From assembly GCA_016222825.1 (NCBI GenBank), contig JACRQF010000011.1:61301-125300 (forward strand): a stretch of 64,000 bases of DNA, written 5' to 3'. This document shows positions 41,249 to 50,431 of this stretch, one piece after another. This DNA is from Verrucomicrobiota bacterium (GTDB lineage Bacteria > Verrucomicrobiota > Verrucomicrobiia > CAIQCK01). Position 1 is the stretch's first letter. Each line of letters opens with the position of its first letter. A program made the position numbers and the translations under genes. The notes under the pieces were generated by a model, which made no database searches, was not told where the DNA came from, and saw nothing but the letters and a program-made list of their open reading frames with translations.

Positions 41249-41481
41249 TGTGGCGGCCGTCTCCGACCGCCGTCTGTCGCTGCAAACCCACATGTTTCAC
41301 ACGCTGCACGAAATGGCGATAAGCTGTAGCCGCCGACGTAAGGAGGCGGACGCCTTGCCATCCACAACCTTCCCGCCTCCTCACGTCGGCGGCTACGAAA
41401 CATGTGAAATAACCAAGCTAACAACGTTTCCGGTCGCCGGCCGTTATCGCAACCACTCGGCGGTCAGAGACCACCGCTACA
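41249..41481. repeat. Nested REP structure: 119-bp REPIN copy 2 (41293-41411) inside an inverted pair of GTAGCGGCGGTC-type REPs
   Basis: Arms at 41249-41272 and 41458-41481. The inner element is closely similar to 26457-26575. Confidence 0.8.
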
Positions 41482-41497
41482 GTGATTTCTACAGCAT

Positions 41498-41850
41498 CAA
41501 CGTCGAATACTGTAGCATCTTTTCACACTTCTGCAATGTCTTTTTTTGACCATCTAAAATCTTATCCGATTACATCCGGTCAATCTTCATCACTACGCTC
41601 TCAGTTTAACATCATGTAATACCAGTTTGCGCCACTGTAACCATTACAGCCATGCAAACTGACGCTACAGTATGACAACCTGATGTTACATATGGTCAAA
41701 CCGGTGAAACATCCTATCACGCCGGGATTACAGCACCATGCGCGGACGATACAGCAAAGCATACTGACCATACATCGTATCAAACCGGCAGATCATCACC
41801 GCATACTGACCCGATAGTATGGCTCCCGGACCTTAGAACTTCTCTCAAGG
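41498..41850. repeat. Degenerate 21-bp periodic array, inverted about an axis at ~41642
   Basis: About 10 units from 41641 (e.g. ccattacagccatgcaaactg, acgctacagtatgacaacctg, atgttacatatggtcaaaccg) and reverse-complement units to the left. Confidence 0.7.
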
Positions 41851-41877
41851 ACGTGACCATTTCATATCCCGCCGTTT

Positions 41878-42870
41878 TCATTTCGCCATCAGAGATTTCT
41901 CCAGCTCATCAAGCAGCCTCTGCGTCTTCTTCGTCTTTGGATGATCCTCGCCCAGCGACTTGCGCCTGCCATCCAGCGCCCGCCGCGCAAAGACCAGCGC
42001 CTCCGCTTCCCTATTCTGGTTCTTCACACATAGCGCCAGATTAAAACAGGACTCAAACAAGTCGGGATGCTCCGGCCCCAAGACGCGCTCGCGGCCAGCC
42101 AGGACGGCGCGGTGCTCCCGCTCGGCCTCGCCGTGCTTGCCTTGGGCTTGTAGTGCAGTAGCCAAGTTGTTGCGGCTGATCAGAGTCCTGGAATCCTCCG
42201 CCCCCAAGACGCGCTCGAAGATGGCCAGGACAGCGCGGTGTTCCTTCTCGGCCACGCCGTGCTCGCCTTGAGCATTCAGCGCAAGGGCCAAGCCCATGCG
42301 GCTGTCCAGCGTGTCGGGATGCTCCGGCCCCAGGACGCGCTCCTGCATCTTTGCGTTATTGCGATATTCTTCTTCGGCTTCCTTATGCTTCCCTTGGACA
42401 AATAGCACAGAGGCCAAGGTGATGCGGCTGCTCAGCGTGCTGGGATGTTCCGGGCCAAAGATGCGTTCCTTGATGGCCAAGACGGCGCGGCTCTCCCGCT
42501 CGGCCTCGACGTGCTTCTCTTGGGCTTTCAGCGCGTTGACCAGGTTGTTGCGGATGGCCAGCGTGCTAGGATGCTCCGGACCAACGATGCGTTGGTAGGC
42601 GTCTGTGATGGCGCGAAACTCCATCTCGGCCTGCGCATACTTGCCTTGGCCATATAACTTCTTCGCCCCATCGTTCCGAGTCTTCAGCGCGGCCAACTCC
42701 TCCTCCTGCGCGGCGCTGAGTTTGCTCTCTTGGGTGCGCGGCCTTTCCGCATCGCGACATCCGCTCCACAAGCCGGCGGAGAGCGCGAAGAGAAAGCAAA
42801 GAGAGAGCGTCGCGCGGAGGAAAACAAACCGCGTCGAGTGCGAGCCGCCATTCCCACAGATGCCGCTCAT
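41878..42870 (-). CDS. TPR-repeat (kinesin-light-chain type) putative lipoprotein
   Basis: Repeated 42-aa units ERVLGPEHPDTL.SR.NLA.AL..QGKH.EAE and a LWSGC lipobox-like motif. Confidence 0.88.
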   Translation of the reverse strand: MSGICGNGGSHSTRFVFLRATLSLCFLFALSAGLWSGCRDAERPRTQESKLSAAQEEELAALKTRNDGAKKLYGQGKYAQAEMEFRAITDAYQRIVGPEHPSTLAIRNNLVNALKAQEKHVEAERESRAVLAIKERIFGPEHPSTLSSRITLASVLFVQGKHKEAEEEYRNNAKMQERVLGPEHPDTLDSRMGLALALNAQGEHGVAEKEHRAVLAIFERVLGAEDSRTLISRNNLATALQAQGKHGEAEREHRAVLAGRERVLGPEHPDLFESCFNLALCVKNQNREAEALVFARRALDGRRKSLGEDHPKTKKTQRLLDELEKSLMAK

Positions 42871-42959
42871 GACCGCGCCGGTATAGCGCGTTCGCCGGCC
42901 GCGGCGCAAGCGCGAAAAGAATCGGCGGCGTGGTGGGGGCGCAACCGGGCACACGCACC

Positions 42960-43074
42960 GTAGCGCAGATTTCCAATCTGCTGTGTCGCCGACTTCCAGT
43001 CGGCAGACCGTTGGAGTTGCGCAGCGCCAGCGGGTTGGAAACCCGCGATACAGCAGACTGGAAGTCTGCGCTAC
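42960..43074. repeat. GTAGCGCAGA...TCTGCGCTAC REP/REPIN element
   Basis: Inverted arms GTAGCGCAGATTTCCAATCTGCTGT and ACAGCAGACTGGAAGTCTGCGCTAC with internal hairpins. Confidence 0.8.
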
Positions 43075-43478
43075 CGCGCTGGCCGTCCGCTACGGTGCGT
43101 GTGTCGAGTTGCGGCGGCGCGGTGGCGCGGCGGCGGTTGCGGGACTATGTTGGGCCGATGAAGACAGGATGCAGTTCCTGGGAAAGGTGACGCGATGAAT
43201 GAGCTACCACTGCAAGGAACCTGGCGGGGACCGAAACTGGAAATGTCGGGGGCGCCGGCCCTCTTGGCCGGCAAGCAGCCAGTCCGGCGCGGTCGCGGGG
43301 GGATGCCGCGCCGGGCGCGGGCCGGCTGGGGGCTGCGGGCGGGCCGGCTGGCGTTGTTGCGGAGGCTGGCCGCCTCGGCCCGGAGGCGGCACGGGTTGAA
43401 CCCGTTGCTGGATTGGGGCGGAAGGATCGGGGATTGACGGGAGCGGGCGCGAGTCGCGCGCGAGTCGCGATCTGTAAC

Positions 43479-43536
43479 GCGTAATGCGTAAGAGACACTG
43501 GCTGTCTTTCTACTTGCGCATTACGCAATTTTTTTG
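43479..43536 (+). terminator. Hairpin with T-tract (possibly bidirectional terminator)
   Basis: GCGTAATGCGTAAG...CTTGCGCATTACGC followed by AATTTTTTG. Confidence 0.5.
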
Positions 43537-43606
43537 CCTTGTAGCCGGAGATCCCGCGCTGACGCGCGCAGCGCCGCTCCTCCCCCGCCCCGCCGTTGCC
43601 GCGCCG

Positions 43607-43882
43607 TCACCCGACGGCGCGGCGTTCAATAGAGGGCAATCGGGGAGCAGGTCTTTTGGTTTGCTTGGTGCGCGCGACGATCTGTTCGCGCTGCGGGTGG
43701 CGGCAGAGCCGGTGAACGCCGAAGGCAACTTGGTAGCGGCAGCGCGCAGGGCCGGCGACGAGGCACCACGCCGCGTCGCCGCAGCTCCGCCCCTTGGCCC
43801 GGCAGATGTCCGGGTCTGGCAGGGATTGTATCGGGTGGAAGGATTGTAGTTGAACGCCGGACTGCCATGTCTTCGTGTTCAT
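43607..43882 (-). CDS. Small Cys4-His protein, paralog 5 (dispersed copy)
   Basis: LPDPDIC-x12-C-x7-CRY....G....CRHPQREQIVART, the same spacing as the 31-33 kb paralogs. Confidence 0.8.
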   Translation of the reverse strand: MNTKTWQSGVQLQSFHPIQSLPDPDICRAKGRSCGDAAWCLVAGPARCRYQVAFGVHRLCRHPQREQIVARTKQTKRPAPRLPSIERRAVG

Positions 43883-43915
43883 TGTTGGCTCGGTTCGCTG
43901 GAAAGATTTGCCAGC

Positions 43916-43982
43916 ACTGTAGGCCGGCGATACGCGGCTGTCTTGAGGGATTATTCTAATTTTCGCCTAGGTGTTCCGCCTA
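43916..43982 (-). promoter_or_regulatory. TAGG-N7-CCTA box plus promoter of paralog 5
   Basis: TAGGTGTTCCGCCTA (43968-43982), then minus-strand AAGACA-N17-TACAGT. Confidence 0.7.
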
Positions 43983-44075
43983 AGCGCCGGCGCGGATTTC
44001 AACCGCCCCGCCGCGCAAGCGGAAACATCCGGGGAGGCATTTGACTGCGGAGGCGGGAAGCCTAGCTTTGGAGCG

Positions 44076-44154
44076 AGGGGGCGCTGGCTTCCGGGCCGCG
44101 TCATCTCGGTCTAACCACTGTCAACGGGTTCCGGGGCCAGCTAGTGCCGGCGCC
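44076..44154 (+). ncRNA. Candidate small RNA 1 (of a tandem pair)
   Basis: TTGACT-N16-TAGCTT promoter, then AGGGGGCGCTGGCTTC...GGGGCCAG hairpin. Confidence 0.35.
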
Positions 44155-44216
44155 GGAATGCGCGGGCGCGAAGGAGACGCCTTGACCGCGGGGCCGGGCG
44201 TTCTAGGTTTGAAACA

Positions 44217-44291
44217 AGGGGGTGCTGGCTTCGGAGCCGCGAAACCTGTCAGACTCGTAGGAAGCGGCTCCGGAACCAGGAATGATTCACC
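44217..44291 (+). ncRNA. Candidate small RNA 2 (of a tandem pair)
   Basis: TTGACC-N16-TAGGTT promoter, then a 15/16-bp stem 44225-44240 / 44264-44279. Confidence 0.4.
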
Positions 44292-44309
44292 AGCAAAGGC
44301 CGGCGCGGC

Positions 44310-45263
44310 TCAGAATCTCCAGGCGATGGAGGCGCGCACGCGGAGGTCGGGCACGAGCGTGTCGCCGGTGCTGTGGATGTGGGCGGGCACGTCCACGGCG
44401 CCCAGGGCGCTGAGGCGGTTGTTGAAGGTGTAGGTGAGTTGCGGACCGAGGAAGACGATGGTTTCGGCGGTGTGGCCCATTTCCATGACGGCGCCGGGAG
44501 GCATCACCATGTCGCCCATCTGGTCCTGCCCCTTGGTTTCGCCGGAGCAGATGAGCTGCAAGGCCAGCGTGTGGTTCTCGTTGAGGAGCAGATAGTAGCC
44601 GGGGCCGGCCTGCCAGGAGAGGTCGTTGGCGAAGCGGTAGCCGAAGGCGCCCTCGGTGCGGATGCCGTATTGCGCGCTGGCGGTGCCCATGAAGCGATGC
44701 CAGCGTCCATAGACGCCCGTGCCGATGATGCCGTCAAAGGAGCCGGAGCCGAGCGCCAGGTCGTGGCCGCTGATGCCGGTGGCGAAGTCCGGCTCCTCGG
44801 GATTGAGATGGGCGGGGTCGCCGGTGGGGAACTTCACGCCGCCGATGAGGTTCCATCGGAAGGTGGAGTCCTCGTCGGCTTTCTCGAAGAGGAGATAGTT
44901 GCCCAGCAAGCAGATGTCGCCGAGGCCGCTCTCGTGCGCGGAGCCAGCGGCGTCGGAGCCGAAGTCCTTGTAGAGGTAGGGCACGTTGAGTTGGACGCCG
45001 ACGCGGCGGTTGAAGCGGTAGGCGGCGTAGAACTGGGTGTTGTAGCTGTGGAGATACTCGCCGTCGTTGGGCACGGTGCGGTTCTCGGCCTGGAGGGTGT
45101 TGAAGTAGGTGTATTGCTCGGCGACGCCCGCGTAGAAGCCGCGGTCGCCCGCCCCCTGCGCCTCGGAGGCGATGTAGATGGCGCAGAGATCGCAGGTCCG
45201 CGCGGGACCGGCAAGAAGCAAACTGACAAGGCACGCCACGACGCCGACGGTTCTTGTTTTCAT
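44310..45263 (-). CDS. Putative outer-membrane beta-barrel (MetA-pathway/transporter-like) with N-terminal CxxC
   Basis: Signal peptide then CDLC, GLGDI, GVKFPTG, LGSGSFD and C-terminal WRF. Confidence 0.75.
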   Translation of the reverse strand: MKTRTVGVVACLVSLLLAGPARTCDLCAIYIASEAQGAGDRGFYAGVAEQYTYFNTLQAENRTVPNDGEYLHSYNTQFYAAYRFNRRVGVQLNVPYLYKDFGSDAAGSAHESGLGDICLLGNYLLFEKADEDSTFRWNLIGGVKFPTGDPAHLNPEEPDFATGISGHDLALGSGSFDGIIGTGVYGRWHRFMGTASAQYGIRTEGAFGYRFANDLSWQAGPGYYLLLNENHTLALQLICSGETKGQDQMGDMVMPPGAVMEMGHTAETIVFLGPQLTYTFNNRLSALGAVDVPAHIHSTGDTLVPDLRVRASIAWRF

Positions 45264-45290
45264 CCAGAAGTCCTTTCGAGCACGGACGGC

Positions 45291-45358
45291 ATAATCCCCC
45301 GCGGCGCGGGCGGATTCAATAGAGGCAAAGTCTGAACGCGGCTTAGGAAAGACGCCTA
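45291..45358 (-). promoter_or_regulatory. TAGG-N7-CCTA box plus promoter of the OM barrel gene
   Basis: TAGGAAAGACGCCTA (45344-45358), then minus-strand TTGAAT-N17-GATTAT. Confidence 0.7.
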
Positions 45359-45401
45359 CGCGTCCGTCGCGGAAACTCCCCTCCCCTGCCCCGCCGCGCC
45401 T

Positions 45402-46829
45402 TCAGACGTTCGAGGCCAGTTGCCGACCGAGACGGACAAGCGCGTTGGCGCGCGACTGTTCGCCGGCCTCGGCATAGACGCGCAACACCGGCTCCGTGCC
45501 GCTGCCGCGCCACATGAGCCAGGCGCCGTCGCGGGCAATCATCTTCACGCCGTCAAAATCGCGAACCTCGCTCAGCGGCGAGCCGAGCAGGTCTTGCGCC
45601 GGATGTTGCCGGAGCCACTCCATCAGCGGCGCGCGCTTCTCCAGCGGATAGCGCACGTCCTCGCGGGCGTAGCAGCTCGCCCCAAACTCGGCGTCCATCT
45701 CCGCCATGATCTGCCGGACCGGCTTGCGTTCGCACGCGAGGAACTCCAGGAGCAGCAGCCCCGCCAAAATGCCGTCGCGCTCCGGAATCCAGCCCTTGAA
45801 GCCCAGCCCGCCGCTCTCTTCGCCGCCCATCAAGACGTCGCACTCGCGCATTTTTTGGGCGGCCCACTTGAACCCGACGGGCGTCTCGTGCAGCGCGAGG
45901 CCGTATTTCGCGCAAATGCGGTCCACCATGACGGTGGTGTTGAGCGCCTTCACGACGCAGCCGCTTTGCTTGCGATGCCGGATCAAATGCAGCAGCAACA
46001 TCGCGAAACAATAATGCGTGCTGATGAACTCGCCCTGCGGGTCCATCGCTGCAATGCGGTCGGCGTCGCCGTCCGTCACAAGCGCGATGTCGCTGCGGTG
46101 CCCGCGGAGATAATCGGACAGCGACGAGAGGTTCGCCACAATCGGCTCCGGGTTCACGCCGCCGAAAAGCGGGTCCGGCTCCGCCCGCAACGTCGTCACC
46201 GCCGTCCCCCGCCGCGTCGCAAGTATCTTCTCAATCTCCCGCCGCCCGCACCCGTGCATCGAGTCCACCACAAGATTCAGCTTTGCCCCCGCAATCCGCT
46301 CCAAATCCACAAACCGCCCCACCGCCTCCCGATGCGGCCCGCGCACGTCCTCAACGAGAATCCTCCCCTCCCCCCGCGCCTGCTCGAAGGGAACTGTTTT
46401 CGGCGGCTCGCGGTCCAGCAGCCGCTCGATCTCGTCCGTCATCGCCGTATCGGCGGAACCGGCGAAGTCGGCCTTGATCTTGAAGCCGTTGAACGCGGGA
46501 GGATTGTGGCTGGCGGTGATCATGACACCGCCGATGAGACCGCGAGCCTTCACAGCGTAGCTCACCGCCGGTGTCGGCGCGGGCTGGAGCGCGCAGATCG
46601 TGGTGATGTCGTTGCCGGCGAGAACTTCGGACGCCGCGACGGCGAACTGGTCTGATTGACGGCGCGTGTCGCAGCCCACCACCGCGCGCGGGACGATGCC
46701 TTTTCGCGCCGCGGCCTCGCGCCAGTAGATGGCGACGGCTTGCGTGACCCGCCGGACATTCTCAAAGGTGAATTCTCCCGACATCAGCGCCCGCCAGCCG
46801 TCGGTGCCGAATCGGATGGGCGTTGGCAT
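45402..46829 (-). CDS. Phosphoglucomutase/phosphomannomutase family protein
   Basis: FGTDGWR, TASHNP, DGDADR, GGEESGG and RGSGTEP. Confidence 0.95.
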   Translation of the reverse strand: MPTPIRFGTDGWRALMSGEFTFENVRRVTQAVAIYWREAAARKGIVPRAVVGCDTRRQSDQFAVAASEVLAGNDITTICALQPAPTPAVSYAVKARGLIGGVMITASHNPPAFNGFKIKADFAGSADTAMTDEIERLLDREPPKTVPFEQARGEGRILVEDVRGPHREAVGRFVDLERIAGAKLNLVVDSMHGCGRREIEKILATRRGTAVTTLRAEPDPLFGGVNPEPIVANLSSLSDYLRGHRSDIALVTDGDADRIAAMDPQGEFISTHYCFAMLLLHLIRHRKQSGCVVKALNTTVMVDRICAKYGLALHETPVGFKWAAQKMRECDVLMGGEESGGLGFKGWIPERDGILAGLLLLEFLACERKPVRQIMAEMDAEFGASCYAREDVRYPLEKRAPLMEWLRQHPAQDLLGSPLSEVRDFDGVKMIARDGAWLMWRGSGTEPVLRVYAEAGEQSRANALVRLGRQLASNV

Positions 46830-46843
46830 GGGATGCCGGGTGA

Positions 46844-47512
46844 TTAAGCTGGATTACAAGCGCGCCGCAATGCGGCGATGGCCTCCGCCATGTCTTGCGC
46901 GCGGAACAACGCCACGCCCGCCACCATCACATTCGCCCCCGCTGCCGCGCATTTGCCGACGGTGTTCTCCGATACGCCGCCGTCCACCTGGATGTCGAAG
47001 TCCAGGTTCTTCTCGTCGCGTAGCGCGGCCAGTTGCGAAATCTTCTCCAGAACAGGATCCATGAACGCCTGCCCGCCGAAACCGGGATTCACCGTCATCA
47101 TCAGCACGAGTTTCACCCGGTCGAGATGCGGCTGGATGGCTTTGAGCGGCGTGCCAGGATTGAGGACGATACCCGGCGATCTCCCGGCCGCGCGGATCGC
47201 CTCCAATGTGGCCGCGACGTTGCAGGGGCTTTCGATGTGGATGCTCACGCGGTCGGCACCCGCCTCGATGAATGCCGGCGCGAACTTGTCCGGGCGATCC
47301 ACCATCAGATGCACGTCGAGCGGCAGACTCGTGGCACGCCGCAGCGCACGCACCACATCCGGCCCAACGGTGAGATTCGGCACGAAGTGGCCGTCCATTA
47401 CGTCCACGTGGAGCCAGTCGCCACCCTCTGCTTCAGCGCGTGCGGCCTCGTCCGCCAGCCGGCCGAAGTCGGCTGCGAGGATGGACGGTGCGATGATCAA
47501 TGGACGCCGCAT
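46844..47512 (-). CDS. rpe: Ribulose-phosphate 3-epimerase
   Basis: IAPSILAADF, HVDVMDGHFVPN, MTVNPGFGGQ and VDGG. Confidence 0.97.
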   Translation of the reverse strand: MRRPLIIAPSILAADFGRLADEAARAEAEGGDWLHVDVMDGHFVPNLTVGPDVVRALRRATSLPLDVHLMVDRPDKFAPAFIEAGADRVSIHIESPCNVAATLEAIRAAGRSPGIVLNPGTPLKAIQPHLDRVKLVLMMTVNPGFGGQAFMDPVLEKISQLAALRDEKNLDFDIQVDGGVSENTVGKCAAAGANVMVAGVALFRAQDMAEAIAALRRACNPA

Positions 47513-47585
47513 ACGATGCGCCCACTCTAGCGGCGCAGAGCAAGCTCACGCAAGTAGATTGAAACCAGCCTTCCTCTTGTGAGGG

Positions 47586-47804
47586 TTACTTCCAGAAGTT
47601 TGCGGGCAGGAAACCTGCGACCGGCACACGAATCCGGTTCTCGGACTTGCGGGCTGCGACCCGCCCTCTGACCGTGGAACACACTTGGCAGCAGCCACTG
47701 ACCCGCAACGCACGATTGGCTTCGAGCAACCGCACACCGCAACGCTTACAGAAACGGTTTATTTCAGGACGTTCAATTCTATTCATTTGTGACCGATTGT
47801 TCAT
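47586..47804 (-). CDS. Candidate small zinc-ribbon protein
   Basis: FCKRCG...CCQVC (two CxxC). TTGACA hexamers upstream. Fills the gap between the VOC gene and rpe. Confidence 0.45.
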   Translation of the reverse strand: MNNRSQMNRIERPEINRFCKRCGVRLLEANRALRVSGCCQVCSTVRGRVAARKSENRIRVPVAGFLPANFWK

Positions 47805-47872
47805 TGTGGAGCACCCTTCACCGGAATTGGCGATTTGTCAAATTTTGCTGTCAAACTTCACCGCGTTTGACA

Positions 47873-48259
47873 TCATCGCCCCTTCGGCTGTTGAATCAAT
47901 TCAATCTCGTAACCCTCTGGCGCGTCAATGAAAGCAATCACGCCTCCATCATTTCCGCGGTGCGGACCGTCGCTGACAGGCACTCCAAGCTTCTTCAGGT
48001 GCGCCTCGAAGGCGTCCCAGTTCTCCACCTCAAACGCCAGATGTGTCAGGTCCGGCTGGACCTGCACCGGGCCGCTCGCCGGGAAGTGGCAAATCTCGAT
48101 CAATTCCTCGCTGCCGGGCGTCTTCAGGAACACCAACTCCGAGCCGCGGCCGCTCTTGCTGCGGCGCTGTTCTTCCAGTCCGAGCACGTCCTTGTAGAAC
48201 CGAATCGTCCTTTCCAGATCGTTCACGCGGTAGCGCGTGTGCAGCAACTTCGTGATCAT
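47873..48259 (-). CDS. VOC family protein (lactoylglutathione lyase-like)
   Basis: LLHTRYRVNDLE..IRFY..VLGL, HLAFEV and FIDAPEGYEIELIQ. Confidence 0.9.
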   Translation of the reverse strand: MITKLLHTRYRVNDLERTIRFYKDVLGLEEQRRSKSGRGSELVFLKTPGSEELIEICHFPASGPVQVQPDLTHLAFEVENWDAFEAHLKKLGVPVSDGPHRGNDGGVIAFIDAPEGYEIELIQQPKGR

Positions 48260-48409
48260 GGCGGCCAACGTAAACCACACCCGCGGGCGGCGCAAGTTGT
48301 GCCAGCCCTGATTTCACCGTTGATTTAGCGGTGGCAGCGGGCTAGTAATACCGGCCCGACGCCGGCCCTGTGTTGCCGGCGTCGTTCGTTGTAGAGAGCG
48401 ACTAACGAC

Positions 48410-50251
48410 ATGAGCAAGAAAACCGATACAAAGAAGATGCGCGCCACGCAGCCGACCACCGCGACTGCCGCTGCCCCGCCCTGCCCCACCGACCCCCAGC
48501 CGATGAAAGGCGCCGATATCCTCGTCGCCTGCCTGGAGCGCGAGGGCGTCGAGGTCATCTTCGCTTATCCCGGCGGCGCTTCGATGGAGATCCATCAGTC
48601 GCTGACCCGCTCGAAGCAGATCCGCACCATCCTCTGCCGGCACGAACAAGGCGGCGCGTTCATGGCGGGCGGCTACGGCCGGGCGACCGGCAAGGCCGGC
48701 GTCTGCATGAGCACCAGCGGCCCCGGCGCGACCAACCTCGTCAGCGGCATCGCCGACGCCTACATGGATTCGACTCCGCTCGTTGCGATCACCGGCCAAG
48801 TGGCGCAAAGCATGATCGGCAAGACGGCGTTCCAGGAAACGGACGTGTTCGGCATGACACTGCCGATCGTCAAGCACAGCTACCTCATCACCGACATCAA
48901 CGACCTTCCCCGCATCATCAAGGAAGCGTTTCACGTTGCGCAAAGCGGCCGGCCCGGCCCGGTGGTCATTGATATTCCCAAGAGCATCCAGCAGGCGACG
49001 GTGGTGCCGGTGTTCCCCGACAAGGTGAACCTGCCCGGCTACACCGCCACGCCGGTGGACGACGACCTCGACGAGAAGCTCGCGAAACTCGCCGCGCTCA
49101 TCGCCAAGAGCGAGCGCCCCCTCATCTACTGCGGCGGCGGCATCATCAGCTCCGGCGCGCACAAGGAACTGCTGGAGTTCGCCGAGAAGACGCAGATTCC
49201 CGTGACGACGACGCTCATGGGCTGCGGCGGTTTCCCGGAGACGCATCCGCTTTCGCTGAAGTGGCTCGGCATGCACGGCACCGTCTATGCCAACTGGGCC
49301 GCGGACAACTCGGACCTGCTCATCGCGCTGGGCGTGCGCTTCGACGACCGCGTGACCAGCAAGGTGAGCGAGTTCTGCAAGCACGCGACCATCGTCCACA
49401 TTGATATTGACCCGAGCGAGATCAACAAGAACAAGCCGGCAAACCTCTCGGCGGTGGCCGACGTGCGGCTGGCGCTGGAGAAACTGAACAAGATCGCGAA
49501 GTCGCCCGCGCACAAGTTCAAGTCGTGGCGCGCGAAGATCGCCGAGCAGAAGGCGAAGTATCCCCTCGCCTACAAATTCACCGACGAGGTGCTGCGCAGC
49601 AAATACGCCCACGACTTCCTCAAGGGCGACGCCTCGCAGATCATCATGCCGCAGTTCGTCATCCAGCAACTCTGCGAGCTGACGCAAGGCGAAGCCATCA
49701 TCGCCACCGGCGTGGGCCAGCACCAGATGTGGAGCGGGCAGTATTACACCTTCACGCATCCGCGCACCTTCCTGACCAGCGGCGGCCTCGGCGCGATGGG
49801 TTTCGGCTGGCCCGCGGCCATCGGCGCAAAGGTGGCGCATCCGGACAAACCGGTCATTGACATTGACGGCGACGGCAGCTTCCTGATGAACGTGCAGGAG
49901 ATGGCCACCGCGCACATCGAGCGCATCGCGGCCAAGGCCATCATCCTCAACAACCAGCACCTCGGCATGGTGGTGCAGTGGGAGGACCGCTTCTACAAGA
50001 GCAACCGCGGCCACACCTACCTCGGCGACCCGCGCAACCCGCACGTCATCTATCCCGACTACGTGAAGATGGCGCAAAGCTTCAACGTCCCCGCCGAGCG
50101 AGTGCTCTACAAAAAGGACGTGCGGCCCGCGCTGGAGCGGATGCTGGCGAGCAAGGAGCCTTACGTGCTCGACATGATCACGCCCTACACCGAGCACGTG
50201 TTGCCGATGATTCCCGCCAACACCTCGTTCAAGAGCATCATCATCGAATAG
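48410..50251 (+). CDS. ilvB: Acetolactate synthase large subunit
   Basis: [36 protein letters not shown] and GDGSF..N. Confidence 0.96.
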   Translation: MSKKTDTKKMRATQPTTATAAAPPCPTDPQPMKGADILVACLEREGVEVIFAYPGGASMEIHQSLTRSKQIRTILCRHEQGGAFMAGGYGRATGKAGVCMSTSGPGATNLVSGIADAYMDSTPLVAITGQVAQSMIGKTAFQETDVFGMTLPIVKHSYLITDINDLPRIIKEAFHVAQSGRPGPVVIDIPKSIQQATVVPVFPDKVNLPGYTATPVDDDLDEKLAKLAALIAKSERPLIYCGGGIISSGAHKELLEFAEKTQIPVTTTLMGCGGFPETHPLSLKWLGMHGTVYANWAADNSDLLIALGVRFDDRVTSKVSEFCKHATIVHIDIDPSEINKNKPANLSAVADVRLALEKLNKIAKSPAHKFKSWRAKIAEQKAKYPLAYKFTDEVLRSKYAHDFLKGDASQIIMPQFVIQQLCELTQGEAIIATGVGQHQMWSGQYYTFTHPRTFLTSGGLGAMGFGWPAAIGAKVAHPDKPVIDIDGDGSFLMNVQEMATAHIERIAAKAIILNNQHLGMVVQWEDRFYKSNRGHTYLGDPRNPHVIYPDYVKMAQSFNVPAERVLYKKDVRPALERMLASKEPYVLDMITPYTEHVLPMIPANTSFKSIIIE

Positions 50252-50315
50252 CGGCCGCCGCCTTGGAGCCGGCCCCGATGGCGAACCCGCCGCGCAGCGC
50301 GTGTGCTGGCCTCTC

Positions 50316-50353
50316 TAGGTGTTTTCCCTAACCATCGCTGCGGTTTGTTCCTA
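50316..50353 (+). promoter_or_regulatory. TAGG-N7-CCTA box (plus a degenerate second box 23 bp downstream) upstream of kaiC
   Basis: TAGGTGTTTTCCCTA (50316-50330) and TGCGGTTTGTTCCTA (50339-50353). Confidence 0.6.
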
Positions 50354-50431
50354 GGGCTTTTGCCTTGAATTCAAGGGGAAGTGGGAATAAAAGAGTGGCC
50401 GTTGAAACCGAACCAACGGAGATTGATTTTC

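Noticed and set aside
41498-41850. Periodic tract as a CRISPR array
   Set aside because: Units are contiguous, highly degenerate 21-mers with no unique spacers, and no cas genes are present.
43158-43437. Small ORFs 43195-43437 and 43199-43399 (Gly/Arg/Cys-rich)
   Set aside because: Very GC-rich low-complexity translations with no recognisable motif; I cannot choose a frame.
44217-44291. SRP (4.5S) RNA or tRNA
   Set aside because: GTCAGACTCGTAGGAAGCGGC only loosely resembles SRP helix 8 (TCAGGTCCGGAAGGAAGCAGC) and lacks the GNRA loop. There is no cloverleaf or TTCGA arm.
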